From NCBI GenBank assembly GCA_018384365.1, contig JAHAYX010000001.1, positions 101,678-165,677 on the forward strand: DNA of 64,000 nucleotides, given 5' to 3'. Below the pieces are notes generated by a model. That model did no database searches. It was not told the origin of the DNA and saw only the letters and a list, made by a program, of their open reading frames with translations. Of this stretch, positions 45,576-53,935 are shown one piece after another. The stretch comes from Clostridiaceae bacterium. Its GTDB lineage: Bacteria; Bacillota; Clostridia; Oscillospirales; QAMX01. How positions within the stretch are numbered: position 1 is the stretch's first letter; each line of letters opens with the position of its first letter. The translations under genes were made by a program, and so were the position numbers.

Positions 45576-47435
45576 TTACTTTAATTGATGTGCAAGCCTG
45601 TACTGCACCACAACGTCCGCAAGAGAAAGGTCGCACGAAACGTCCCGGTTCTCCAATTCCATGGAGAAAAACAGCACACGCCTTCTCTGCGGCCGTCTGG
45701 TAAATGTCCGGAAGTACCCCGGCACATCCCATGTGAAGCTGTCCCAGCGGAACAGCCTCCAGCTGAAACTGGACACCCGGATGTTCACCGGTTCCTTCAG
45801 GGAGACATCGCTTTTCTTCTCGTCAAAGAGATAGCGGACAGCCGTATTGCCGGGAACTTCCCCGCGGCAGACAAACCAGATACGTTCCAGACGTTTATAC
45901 CAATTCGGCCGCCCAAAATCCAGGGCCGCGCTGCGCCAGTGGGCGGCTATCGGCTCGCCGAAATCACTGAACTGGCGCACAAACTGCACCACGGCGCCTG
46001 TTTTTTTGCCCGCCGTTCCCCGTCTTGCATAATAGAGTCTGTTTTGATAGGTCAAAAACGCAGCAACCGGGATGTTGTCAAAGAAATACCAGGCAAGACT
46101 GCGCAGCGCATCGTCATCCGCCGTACCGTGCAGAGGGCGCGCTGCGTTATCCCACAGATATACGTGACTTCCCACGCTCAGCCAGTAGCGTCCTTCAAAA
46201 CAGCACGCCGACGCACCGGCCAGATCAGCCTGCGGCTCTGTAAGCAGCTTCGGATTGATATTCCGGCTGACAGGCACCACATTCCGTTCATTTTCACGGC
46301 CTGTCGATGTGATCAGGCAGATGCCGTGCCCGGTGTTTGCGAACACAATGCGGTTATCGATGTTGCAGATCGTGCCCGGCATATCACAGCCCATCACAGG
46401 GCTAAGGATGTTCACCGTGAATTTCACCGTTCCGGCAGCATAGCTGCTGTCAAGCGTTGCAATCTCGTGTGCCTTAAACACTGCTAAAAGATCATACTGC
46501 CTGCCAAAGCCCGTAATCGGTTCGTCGCTGCCAACGGTAAGCCTGTTTTCCGCAGGAAAATACGTGGGCTGATATGGCTGGGAATAGTACAGCAGATTGC
46601 TGCCGTTTCCGCCAAGCATCACCCGGCTCTCGCCCGCGTGTACCATTGCATAGCGGCAGGAAAGAATGTCCCCTCCCGCCGCTGGTTCCGTTCCCGTCAG
46701 CGTAAGCACCACATTGTCAAAGCCTGCGGCCGGGGCCGCCGCAAAAGTAACCGTGCGGTTTGCGCGGTTTACGGTAAAACCGTCATTTTCCGGCATCTCC
46801 ACGCCGTTCACCTCTGCCAGAACGCTGTCCTCCGCCACGGTACAGCCATCCGGCAGCGTATAAACCGTGCCGCTTCCATCACCGGAAAAGGCGATGCGGT
46901 AACGGGCGGTCAGCGCATTGCGGCTGCCGCAGGTCACGCCCTCCACGCTGCCGGACGGAGAACGCCCTCTTACAAGAATGGGGGCATAGGGCTCTACCGG
47001 TGCAAAATCCCCGCCGTTTGAAACCAGATAATCCGCGCCGTTTAAAAAATACACCGCGTCGCCATAGCGAAAGAACGTGCCTGCGGGTGCGGTTCCGTCG
47101 ATTTCCTGCAGACTTCCGGCTTTCACAAAGCTCCCGTTTTCCAGATTCATTCTGAAAAGCCCCGTCCCGGCCTGCAGGACGGCATAGCCGGCGCCATCCA
47201 GAATTGCCGCCTGAATTTCCGATTCCTGATCCAGCGCACCCACCATGCGCTGGCCCCAGCGTTTGGTCAGCGTTCCCTCATAAAACCAGACGTTCCGGCA
47301 ATCCGGCGATTGCGTGGTGTCCAGCGTATGCGGCAAATCCGCGGCATTCAGTCCGCCGTCCATGCAGCCGTTTTTGCCGCTCAGCCGCAGCTCACAAATT
47401 TCCCGCTCCGGGAATTTGGGGGAAAAACGCAGCAT
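45576..47435 (-). CDS. Large phage-like structural protein of unknown function (619 aa; candidate tail hub/nozzle)
   Basis: Position between the capsid module and the fibre. Beta-rich sequence with no recognisable motif. Start at MLRFSPKF after an AAAGGGGTGAAG SD. Confidence 0.45.
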   Translation of the reverse strand: MLRFSPKFPEREICELRLSGKNGCMDGGLNAADLPHTLDTTQSPDCRNVWFYEGTLTKRWGQRMVGALDQESEIQAAILDGAGYAVLQAGTGLFRMNLENGSFVKAGSLQEIDGTAPAGTFFRYGDAVYFLNGADYLVSNGGDFAPVEPYAPILVRGRSPSGSVEGVTCGSRNALTARYRIAFSGDGSGTVYTLPDGCTVAEDSVLAEVNGVEMPENDGFTVNRANRTVTFAAAPAAGFDNVVLTLTGTEPAAGGDILSCRYAMVHAGESRVMLGGNGSNLLYYSQPYQPTYFPAENRLTVGSDEPITGFGRQYDLLAVFKAHEIATLDSSYAAGTVKFTVNILSPVMGCDMPGTICNIDNRIVFANTGHGICLITSTGRENERNVVPVSRNINPKLLTEPQADLAGASACCFEGRYWLSVGSHVYLWDNAARPLHGTADDDALRSLAWYFFDNIPVAAFLTYQNRLYYARRGTAGKKTGAVVQFVRQFSDFGEPIAAHWRSAALDFGRPNWYKRLERIWFVCRGEVPGNTAVRYLFDEKKSDVSLKEPVNIRVSSFSWRLFRWDSFTWDVPGYFRTFTRRPQRRRVLFFSMELENRDVSCDLSLADVVVQYRLAHQLK

Positions 47436-47439
47436 ATCT

Positions 47440-48348
47440 TCACCCCTTTTTCGTCCCAAAGAGCGTGTTTTTGATCGTAAAACCGTTTCCGCCGTCCAGT
47501 GCCGAAACCCGATCCCCGTAAAGGTTCAAAAGGAGTCGGGAGAGGTTCGGATCCTCATCCATCAGGAGCATCGCGGCAACAAAATACGGAATCGTTTCCG
47601 CCGCAGCCTCCGGCACGTCCAGACTGACGGCTTCGCCGGTGTTTTCCCCGATCGAGCGGGGATACACCGTATACAGAAGCTCCGCTGCACCGTCAAAATC
47701 CCAGGGGAAGCCGATTTTTCCCTCCTCCACCGTATAAAAAGCCGCGCCGCCGCGCATCGGGAAACGGTGGGACGGCGTTACGGACCGCACGCCGCCGAAA
47801 TCCGCCGGCAGCGCATGAAAGCGGCGCATATCCAGCACAGGGGTCTCCTCATGGCGGGGAAACTCCCGGTAAAGTCCGGCTTCCGCAATGTAAGCGTCGG
47901 ACGCCGAAAGCGTCAGTCGTATGGGCACATCCGACGGCGGCAGGCTTTCCAGCTGACCGCACACAGTTTCCAGATGTCCGCTCCCCGCGCAGGAAACGGT
48001 CAGAAGCTCCTGCCACTCGCCGCCGTTTCCCTGCTCCAGCACAGCCGTCAGTTCCCCGTCGCACAAAAGGGAAAAGGCGGCGGCGCCGCAGGCAGAAAGC
48101 TCTGCCTTGCCCGCAAGACGCCGCATCCCGCGCAGCGCATCAAGCGGACGCAGCGTATGCTGCGTATAGGTCACACGACGCAGCAGCGGACAGCGCCCGG
48201 CCAGTTCCTTCTGCGCAGTATCCACAGCGCTTTTGGCGCGGGACATATAATCCGCCTGCACGGGATCCCCGGATGCGACGCGCTCGCCGGATACGCTGTA
48301 ATAATTGATCAGTTTTTTTGTTTTCTCCAGGCACTCGCCCAATGTCAT
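47440..48348 (-). CDS. Phage-like structural protein of unknown function (302 aa; candidate head-tail adaptor)
   Basis: Position directly after the capsid gene, with an AGGAGG SD. No recognisable motif. Confidence 0.4.
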   Translation of the reverse strand: MTLGECLEKTKKLINYYSVSGERVASGDPVQADYMSRAKSAVDTAQKELAGRCPLLRRVTYTQHTLRPLDALRGMRRLAGKAELSACGAAAFSLLCDGELTAVLEQGNGGEWQELLTVSCAGSGHLETVCGQLESLPPSDVPIRLTLSASDAYIAEAGLYREFPRHEETPVLDMRRFHALPADFGGVRSVTPSHRFPMRGGAAFYTVEEGKIGFPWDFDGAAELLYTVYPRSIGENTGEAVSLDVPEAAAETIPYFVAAMLLMDEDPNLSRLLLNLYGDRVSALDGGNGFTIKNTLFGTKKG

Positions 48349-48405
48349 AACGCACCTCCTGAAAAGATTTCCCCGTCCGGAAAACCGGACGGGGAGGGAT
48401 CCCCG

Positions 48406-49371
48406 TTACGCGGGATTCGAGAAAATAATCGGCCTTGCATCCGTCCAGCCAACGCCGAAGTCCACATAAGGCACCACGCGCGCAATCAGCGGATTGTCCA
48501 GCGCGGCGCGGATCACGGTCGGGCGGCTGATATAGATCACCTTCGCGCACTCGCGCAGCAGGCTTGCGTCTGCAACAGCCCACTGCTTGGCAGTGAATCC
48601 CACGTCGCCGCCGCCGATGACCATATACTGCATCCCGCAGACGGGATTTGCGGCATTGTTGGCGCTGTCGGGGTTCAGCTGCGGCGACATTTTAGCCTGC
48701 GGACCGCAGATTTCGCGTGCCTTGCCCTCCAGTTCCGGAGAAACGAGCAGGATACCGTTTGAGAAGTAATCGGTCAGGAAGGGCAGGCCGTCCGGGGTTA
48801 CAAAGCGGTTGGCCATGATGTTGGCCTTTGTAATTGCAGCCACGGAGAGTTCGTCCGTGATCAGGTTGGAATAGGTGCCTGCCTCCGCATCGGCGATGGC
48901 CACGCCGTCCTCGTCGTGGTCGGAGGCGATGGGATGATCCGCCGCAGCCCAGGGCTTGCCGTCGCCGCCTAAAACGCTCTTGTCAAAGGCGCTGCCGAAC
49001 ATACGCAGCACGCCCATATACACGCTCATTGCCGCGGAATAGGCTGCGCGGCGGCCGGCGCTTCTTGCCTCGCCGGATTTGTCAATCTTTGCGTACTTAT
49101 AGTCGATGTCAATCGCACCCGCCTTCTGGACAGGACGGATCACCGTCACAAAGCCGCGGCGCTGGTCCATGTTGTGCAGCTCGCCCGTATACTCCGGCAG
49201 TTCGCCGTAGCCGCCCATACCTTCCACGCGATACTCCGCAGAATGGGAATCCACCTCGGAAACAATTTTGCGCAGTGCGCCAAGACGGTTGCGGTATTCA
49301 AAATCAAAAACCTTGTCGATCAGGGGATACAGATCGTTTTTCCACGCATTGTTGATATTGGTAACAGCCAT
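48406..49371 (-). CDS. Putative major capsid protein
   Basis: 321 aa, located after the portal and scaffold genes. N-terminal region MAVTNINNAW...SAEYRVEGMGGYGELPEYTGE recalls capsid families. AGGAGG SD. Confidence 0.6.
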   Translation of the reverse strand: MAVTNINNAWKNDLYPLIDKVFDFEYRNRLGALRKIVSEVDSHSAEYRVEGMGGYGELPEYTGELHNMDQRRGFVTVIRPVQKAGAIDIDYKYAKIDKSGEARSAGRRAAYSAAMSVYMGVLRMFGSAFDKSVLGGDGKPWAAADHPIASDHDEDGVAIADAEAGTYSNLITDELSVAAITKANIMANRFVTPDGLPFLTDYFSNGILLVSPELEGKAREICGPQAKMSPQLNPDSANNAANPVCGMQYMVIGGGDVGFTAKQWAVADASLLRECAKVIYISRPTVIRAALDNPLIARVVPYVDFGVGWTDARPIIFSNPA

Positions 49372-49396
49372 AATAAAACCTCCTGTACTTTTGCCG

Positions 49397-49825
49397 TCAG
49401 CCCTTCAGGGCGGCGGCATATTCCTTTGCAGTCATTGCGTATTCGGGATGTTCGCGGTTCCACTCCACCAGGAACGCATTCTGCGCATCCGTCAGACCCG
49501 CCGCGGACGCACTGGTGCGTGCGCGGCCGCTTCCCGTCGCACGGTTGGTTCGAATGCGGAGTTTTTCGGTGATTTTCTCTTCAAGAGCCGCGCAAAGTGC
49601 CAGATAATCACCGTAAATTGCAGTGAGATCCAGCGTTTTACCGCGCGCAAACAGTGCAAACTGCGCATCCTTGCATAGTTCCTCCGGATCCAGGTCCGGA
49701 TATTCCTCACGCAGTTCCTCCAGGCCCGCGGCAAGTTCCTCCTGCGGTGTCTCCGGGAAAAGCGCCATCAGTTTTTCCAGCACGCTCTGCTGCGTTTCCG
49801 TCTTTCCGGTATTCATTTCTTCCAT
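49397..49825 (-). CDS. Putative scaffolding protein
   Basis: 142 aa, acidic and helical, between the portal and capsid genes. Start at MEEMNTG after an AAAGGAG SD. Confidence 0.5.
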   Translation of the reverse strand: MEEMNTGKTETQQSVLEKLMALFPETPQEELAAGLEELREEYPDLDPEELCKDAQFALFARGKTLDLTAIYGDYLALCAALEEKITEKLRIRTNRATGSGRARTSASAAGLTDAQNAFLVEWNREHPEYAMTAKEYAAALKG

Positions 49826-49839
49826 AGCAGTCTCCTTTT

Positions 49840-51474
49840 TCACAGTTCTCCGCCGTCTGCATGGCACCCGGCGGCCTCATCCGCCTGCTGTGCCTCCTCT
49901 TCGGCAAAGATTTTCTCAAAATGTTCCTCAATCTCACCCGCTCGCTCCAGACCCAGCAGACGCAGCACATCCATCACCAGCGGATAATTCTCGCGCGTCA
50001 CCTGATGTCCCAGAAGCGAATCAATTGCGCTGAGCGTAAACGAATTACTGCGCCGCATGCCGTCGCCCGTGCTGACATAGGCGTCCACGACCGGGAAATA
50101 GCCGCGCTCGTCCAAAAACGCATTGGCGTTAAAGGTAAACACCTTCGGTTCCCCGTCGTTTTTTGCACCCAGGAAAATCACGCGGTCCTCGTCATAAAAT
50201 TCCAGCGCCGTCCAGTCGATCAGCGTATACAGCCTCGCAAACGCATTGATGCGTTCGCTCTTTTTCGGCACACTGCGGGCATCGCTGCGCTCAATCAGCT
50301 GTGACAGCGCCGCCGCGGAGGTCAGACTGGTCTGCACAATGCCGCGGTCGATGTCCAGCGTGCCCAGTGTCTCGGAAATCATCTCGCGCAGCTTCGCGGT
50401 CATCTCCAAATGCGCCGAGTTCCCGCCAAATCCGCCCAGACGGGCCACCTTTCCCATCGCGCCTGGCTTCAAACGCCACAGCGCGCCGGGACGGTTCTCC
50501 GGTTCCTCCGAGAAAGCGTCGTGCTCGGCCAGGATAATATCGCTCCCTAAAAATGCGCTCGAAAGCTGCGCCACGCTCAGCTCACGATCCACCGCATCCA
50601 CCAGCGTGAGGATCGGTTCAATGTCCCCGGTTCCCCAGAACTGATCCGGATTGGAGACACGATACTGAATCACAAACGGATAGCTGGCATTGTGCGGCGC
50701 GGTCCTGCGCCAGTATTTTTCAATGTGCCGCAGTTCACAGCCGCCTGCCTGAATACTGCAGCAGATATCCCCCTCGCCGTCGCGGTACCAGTGCTCCGTC
50801 ACGGTAATCACGTCATCCTGCGCGGTATAGGTTTCCGGTGCGGGTGTGCTGTATGGGTCAAACGTACGCGCCAGCTGCTCCGGCTCCACACCAAGGCGCT
50901 TCAGCTCCGCGCCGTACTGCCGCTCAAAGGCGCGCCGGTGCACCGGATACACAAATTGCAGATATTCGCACTCGTCCAGCCGCTTTGCGGAGGGGTCCGG
51001 GTATAAAAAGCGCGGATCCACCGGCACAACGCGGATGTCCCCGCCGCCTGCATCGTCCCAATAGACCTTCCAGGCGGAACTGCCCGTAATCAGGCAGCGG
51101 CGGTCATTCGACGCCATTTCATCCGCCACCCGGCTGTGCGCCAGAATATACCGCACCACATCCTCGCGCTGCCTGGCGCGGGCGCTGTCGAGATCATCGT
51201 CACGGCCGCGGAACTCAAATTCCGGCAGTTCGGAGGTGATCTGGCTCTCCACCTGTAAGTAGGGGTCGGGCGACATCGCGGCAATCCACGGAATTCCCGC
51301 ATCCCGGCAGCTCTCTGCAATCTCCAGCTGCGTGCGGTGACGCCCGGCGTAATATTCATAGCAAAGCTGCCAGCGTTCATCGGCCTCGGCGCGGTAACTT
51401 TTCGCATACTCGAATAAGAACCGTGCAGTTCTGACCCGCGCCTCCGGCGTTTGATAATCGTATATACAGTTCAT
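49840..51474 (-). CDS. Phage portal protein
   Basis: 544 aa directly after TerL, with an acidic C-terminal tail. Start at MNCIYDYQ after an AAGGAG SD. Confidence 0.7.
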   Translation of the reverse strand: MNCIYDYQTPEARVRTARFLFEYAKSYRAEADERWQLCYEYYAGRHRTQLEIAESCRDAGIPWIAAMSPDPYLQVESQITSELPEFEFRGRDDDLDSARARQREDVVRYILAHSRVADEMASNDRRCLITGSSAWKVYWDDAGGGDIRVVPVDPRFLYPDPSAKRLDECEYLQFVYPVHRRAFERQYGAELKRLGVEPEQLARTFDPYSTPAPETYTAQDDVITVTEHWYRDGEGDICCSIQAGGCELRHIEKYWRRTAPHNASYPFVIQYRVSNPDQFWGTGDIEPILTLVDAVDRELSVAQLSSAFLGSDIILAEHDAFSEEPENRPGALWRLKPGAMGKVARLGGFGGNSAHLEMTAKLREMISETLGTLDIDRGIVQTSLTSAAALSQLIERSDARSVPKKSERINAFARLYTLIDWTALEFYDEDRVIFLGAKNDGEPKVFTFNANAFLDERGYFPVVDAYVSTGDGMRRSNSFTLSAIDSLLGHQVTRENYPLVMDVLRLLGLERAGEIEEHFEKIFAEEEAQQADEAAGCHADGGEL

Positions 51475-51493
51475 TTCTTTCTCCTTCTCAGCT

Positions 51494-52834
51494 TCACAGG
51501 ACTGCTGCGCGCGGCCTTCGGCCGAAGCGGCCAGACAGACGCGGATCGCGCAGTTCCTCGCGTGCCGGCACAGGCCTTCCGGCCGCGAAATAGCGCAGTG
51601 CGTCCGGCGCATGGGTCAATTCATGCGGCGTTACGGCGGCGTCATTCGGATTTTTGGGATCCCGGGCCAGGGATGGCAGCGTACGGATCAAATTTTCGCA
51701 GCTGCGAAACACCGTAAGCGCGGCGCGCATCCGTTCCTGCTCATCCCGCCAGGGTCTCAGCCATTCGTGCAGGTCGTACCACCCGGCAACGCGGTCATTT
51801 TCCGCACGTGTCAGCGGCACGCCGTTTTCGGCAAAAATCGCCGCCGCAGATTTTCCCGTATCCTGCCGCCGGTTCCATAAGTCCGGCGGTGCAAAATACT
51901 GATAAATTTCCTCATCGTCCGCCGTCCGGCTGCGAATCCGCTTTGCCGCCTCCGAAACAATGAGTCCGCTCTCATAAATTTCCTTATAAACCCATGCACA
52001 GCCCTGCGTATCCATGGCAACGAAATAGGCCGCCAGCATATCGAGTCCATAGTCAAGCGTCACATAGCGCCGCCAGTGCGGCGGGATCGGGAAATTCTCG
52101 CAGGTATGCACGCTTTCGCGCCACTCCGGAAAGTACTGCCCGCCCGTCACGCCCCATTCGCCGAGCCCATACACCCGATAGCCTTCCGGGTCCAGTTCAC
52201 GTCGGCGCTCCATTCTGGCATGGAAACCGGGATCTATGAAGCGGTTGTCAAGGTAAGTCGAATGATTTGTCAGCACGTCCGGGCTTTTCCGGTCAAAAAA
52301 GCGCGCTTTCATCCAGTGATTCGCGCTGACAGGGTTAAAGGTCAGCTTGATCTGATAAAACAGCCCTTCCGGCAGACGCCCGCGCAGTCGGTCGTCGATG
52401 ATTTCAAAATCACCGGCTTCCAGCTCCGTGGCCTCCTCAATCCAGACGTCCGTCAGCTTTCCGGAGGGAAATGTTATGGACTTCAGCCGCTCGCGCTGCC
52501 GGTCGTCCGACACGCCGCGGAACAGCACGGCGTTCCCGTTGATCCGGCACCGCATGGAAAGCGGCGCCAGCGTGGAATCCCAGAGATCGGCCACACCGAG
52601 ACGGTTCACCGCCGCCGAAAGCTCCGCGAAGGTGCTCGCCCGGTTCGACTCCTCGGTTTTGCGCACGCACAGAAGGTTGCGTCCCGGCTCTGTCATCAGC
52701 CGCAGGACGTACATCTGCGCGGTATCCATGGATTTTCCCGAACCTGCCGAACCGCGCAGGGCCACATAGCGGCATTGGGACTCATGCACGGGACGAAACA
52801 CCGGATTTGCCTCCAGCGTCACGCGCCGTATCAT
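51494..52834 (-). CDS. Terminase large subunit (PBSX/XtmB-like)
   Basis: Walker A LRGSAGSGKS, Walker B-like DVWIEEATE and a C-terminal nuclease region (VTLDYGLDM...). Confidence 0.85.
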   Translation of the reverse strand: MIRRVTLEANPVFRPVHESQCRYVALRGSAGSGKSMDTAQMYVLRLMTEPGRNLLCVRKTEESNRASTFAELSAAVNRLGVADLWDSTLAPLSMRCRINGNAVLFRGVSDDRQRERLKSITFPSGKLTDVWIEEATELEAGDFEIIDDRLRGRLPEGLFYQIKLTFNPVSANHWMKARFFDRKSPDVLTNHSTYLDNRFIDPGFHARMERRRELDPEGYRVYGLGEWGVTGGQYFPEWRESVHTCENFPIPPHWRRYVTLDYGLDMLAAYFVAMDTQGCAWVYKEIYESGLIVSEAAKRIRSRTADDEEIYQYFAPPDLWNRRQDTGKSAAAIFAENGVPLTRAENDRVAGWYDLHEWLRPWRDEQERMRAALTVFRSCENLIRTLPSLARDPKNPNDAAVTPHELTHAPDALRYFAAGRPVPAREELRDPRLSGRFGRRPRAAVL

Positions 52835-53109
52835 GCCGTTCCCCCGTCCCCGTAATCGATCCGCACTTCAATCGCCGTCACTGCATCGTCCGCCGCCTGC
52901 GGTACGGCCTTCGCCAGCAGTTCCGACGCTTTCAGGCGGTCTTTCATGTCCGCGCCATCGTCCTCCACAATCCCGCTCCAGAAGGCGGTCACCAGCCGCC
53001 GCGGATCGCGGCTGCGCCGCCTTTTGCCGGGCGGCTTTTTCTCACTCAAGGGGCATCTCTCCTTTCCTCCCAAAACCCTGGCGGCGCGTCCGCCGCCTGC
53101 ATTCGCCAT
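52831..53109 (-). CDS. Terminase small subunit-like fragment (C-terminal region only, 72-92 aa)
   Basis: Carries MKDRLKASELLAKA, resembling the conserved C-terminal motif of Firmicute phage TerS proteins. ATGA overlap with TerL. ATG 53109 lacks an SD, while an in-frame TTG at about 53049 follows GGGAGGAAAGGAGAG. Confidence 0.5.
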   Translation of the reverse strand: MANAGGGRAARVLGGKERCPLSEKKPPGKRRRSRDPRRLVTAFWSGIVEDDGADMKDRLKASELLAKAVPQAADDAVTAIEVRIDYGDGGTA

Positions 53110-53135
53110 ACGCTTGACTGGTCTTAGCATACCAA

Positions 53136-53166
53136 CAAAAAAAGAGAAAGTCGTCCCGACTTTCTC
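53136..53166 (-). terminator. Terminator-like hairpin 27 nt upstream of the first gene of the phage-like block
   Basis: Stem GAGAAAGTCG/CGACTTTCTC followed by TTTTTTTG on the minus strand. Confidence 0.7.
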
Positions 53167-53240
53167 CCACGTTTTTCCCAGACACCCGCACCGCCCCGAC
53201 GGAAAATCCTCCCACCCCGTCCTTACGGGCAAACAGTTAC

Positions 53241-53280
53241 AAAAAAAGCGTGCAAAGGCTTCAAAAACGCCCTTGCACGC
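53241..53280 (-). terminator. Terminator of the upstream hypothetical gene
   Basis: 12-bp stem GCGTGCAAGGGC/GCCTTTGCACGC followed by TTTTTTT on the minus strand. Confidence 0.8.
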
Positions 53281-53289
53281 CATGAATAT

Positions 53290-53898
53290 TCACGGTTTTC
53301 CTGCCGCACTGCGCCAGAAATCCACATAGTTTCTGATGGGATCATCACTCCAGACATGTACCTCGACATATCTTTCCGGGCCAAATTTGCCGTCATCGTT
53401 CCAGTTCTGCGGCAAGCCGTATTTGTCGATGATTTTCAGAATTTCATCAAATGTATAGAGCTTTCTGCGGTATTCCTTCCAATCGTCTGCTCTTGGCCGC
53501 GGACTGAAGGTCGGATGCGAATCCCCATACGTAAAGGAAACAGTTTTCAGGTCAAATTCCTCCGCCGGAATCCGGAGATACGCACAGTTTTCAAACCAGG
53601 TACTCAGCCAAGGGCTGTGTTCCACAACCATATAATGCGGAGACTTGCGCTGTACAACGCCGCCTTTTTTCAAAAACTCCGTCCGAAGGATTTCTTCGTA
53701 GTACAGGCGGTCCTCCATATAGGTATCGTGCCGTTTTGCACATTGCACCCCGGGTTTTTCCCGTTTGATCTTTTGCAGAAGTGCTTTCGCCTCGTGAAGC
53801 GGCAGATCGCACAGGTTTACAAACGGTCCTACCGTGCTGTCGAAATAATGATAGAAAACCAAGCGCCATCTCACATCCTTTCCGCACAAACGGCGCAC
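53290..53898 (-). CDS. Hypothetical protein (about 200 aa)
   Basis: ORF with protein-like composition and no motif recognised. Start codon uncertain (GTG at 53898). Confidence 0.5.
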   Translation of the reverse strand: MRRLCGKDVRWRLVFYHYFDSTVGPFVNLCDLPLHEAKALLQKIKREKPGVQCAKRHDTYMEDRLYYEEILRTEFLKKGGVVQRKSPHYMVVEHSPWLSTWFENCAYLRIPAEEFDLKTVSFTYGDSHPTFSPRPRADDWKEYRRKLYTFDEILKIIDKYGLPQNWNDDGKFGPERYVEVHVWSDDPIRNYVDFWRSAAGKP

Positions 53899-53935
53899 GG
53901 CATTCCGTCGGCCGCTTTACATCCTGGCGGACAGT

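Larger units (their letters stand above)
44101..53109 (-). mobile_element. Phage-derived packaging/head/short-tail gene block (9 ORFs; no integrase, att, repressor, replication or lysis genes seen)
   Basis: Co-directional, tightly spaced ORFs with their own SDs, including TerL, a portal and capsid-like proteins. Bounded by secG and by two terminators. Confidence 0.75.

Noticed and set aside
47314-48762. 482-aa + strand ORF inside the phage-like block, and similar ORFs at 45585..46487 and 52076..52855
   Set aside because: They are antisense to well-supported minus-strand genes with SDs and tight coupling. Their sequences are arginine-rich shadows.
44046-53236. 9-bp direct repeat GGCAAACAG on both flanks of the phage-like block (44046-44054 and 53228-53236) as possible att sites
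   Set aside because: It is too short to be significant. The left copy is simply part of a terminator stem, and no integrase is present. It is recorded only as a weak coincidence.
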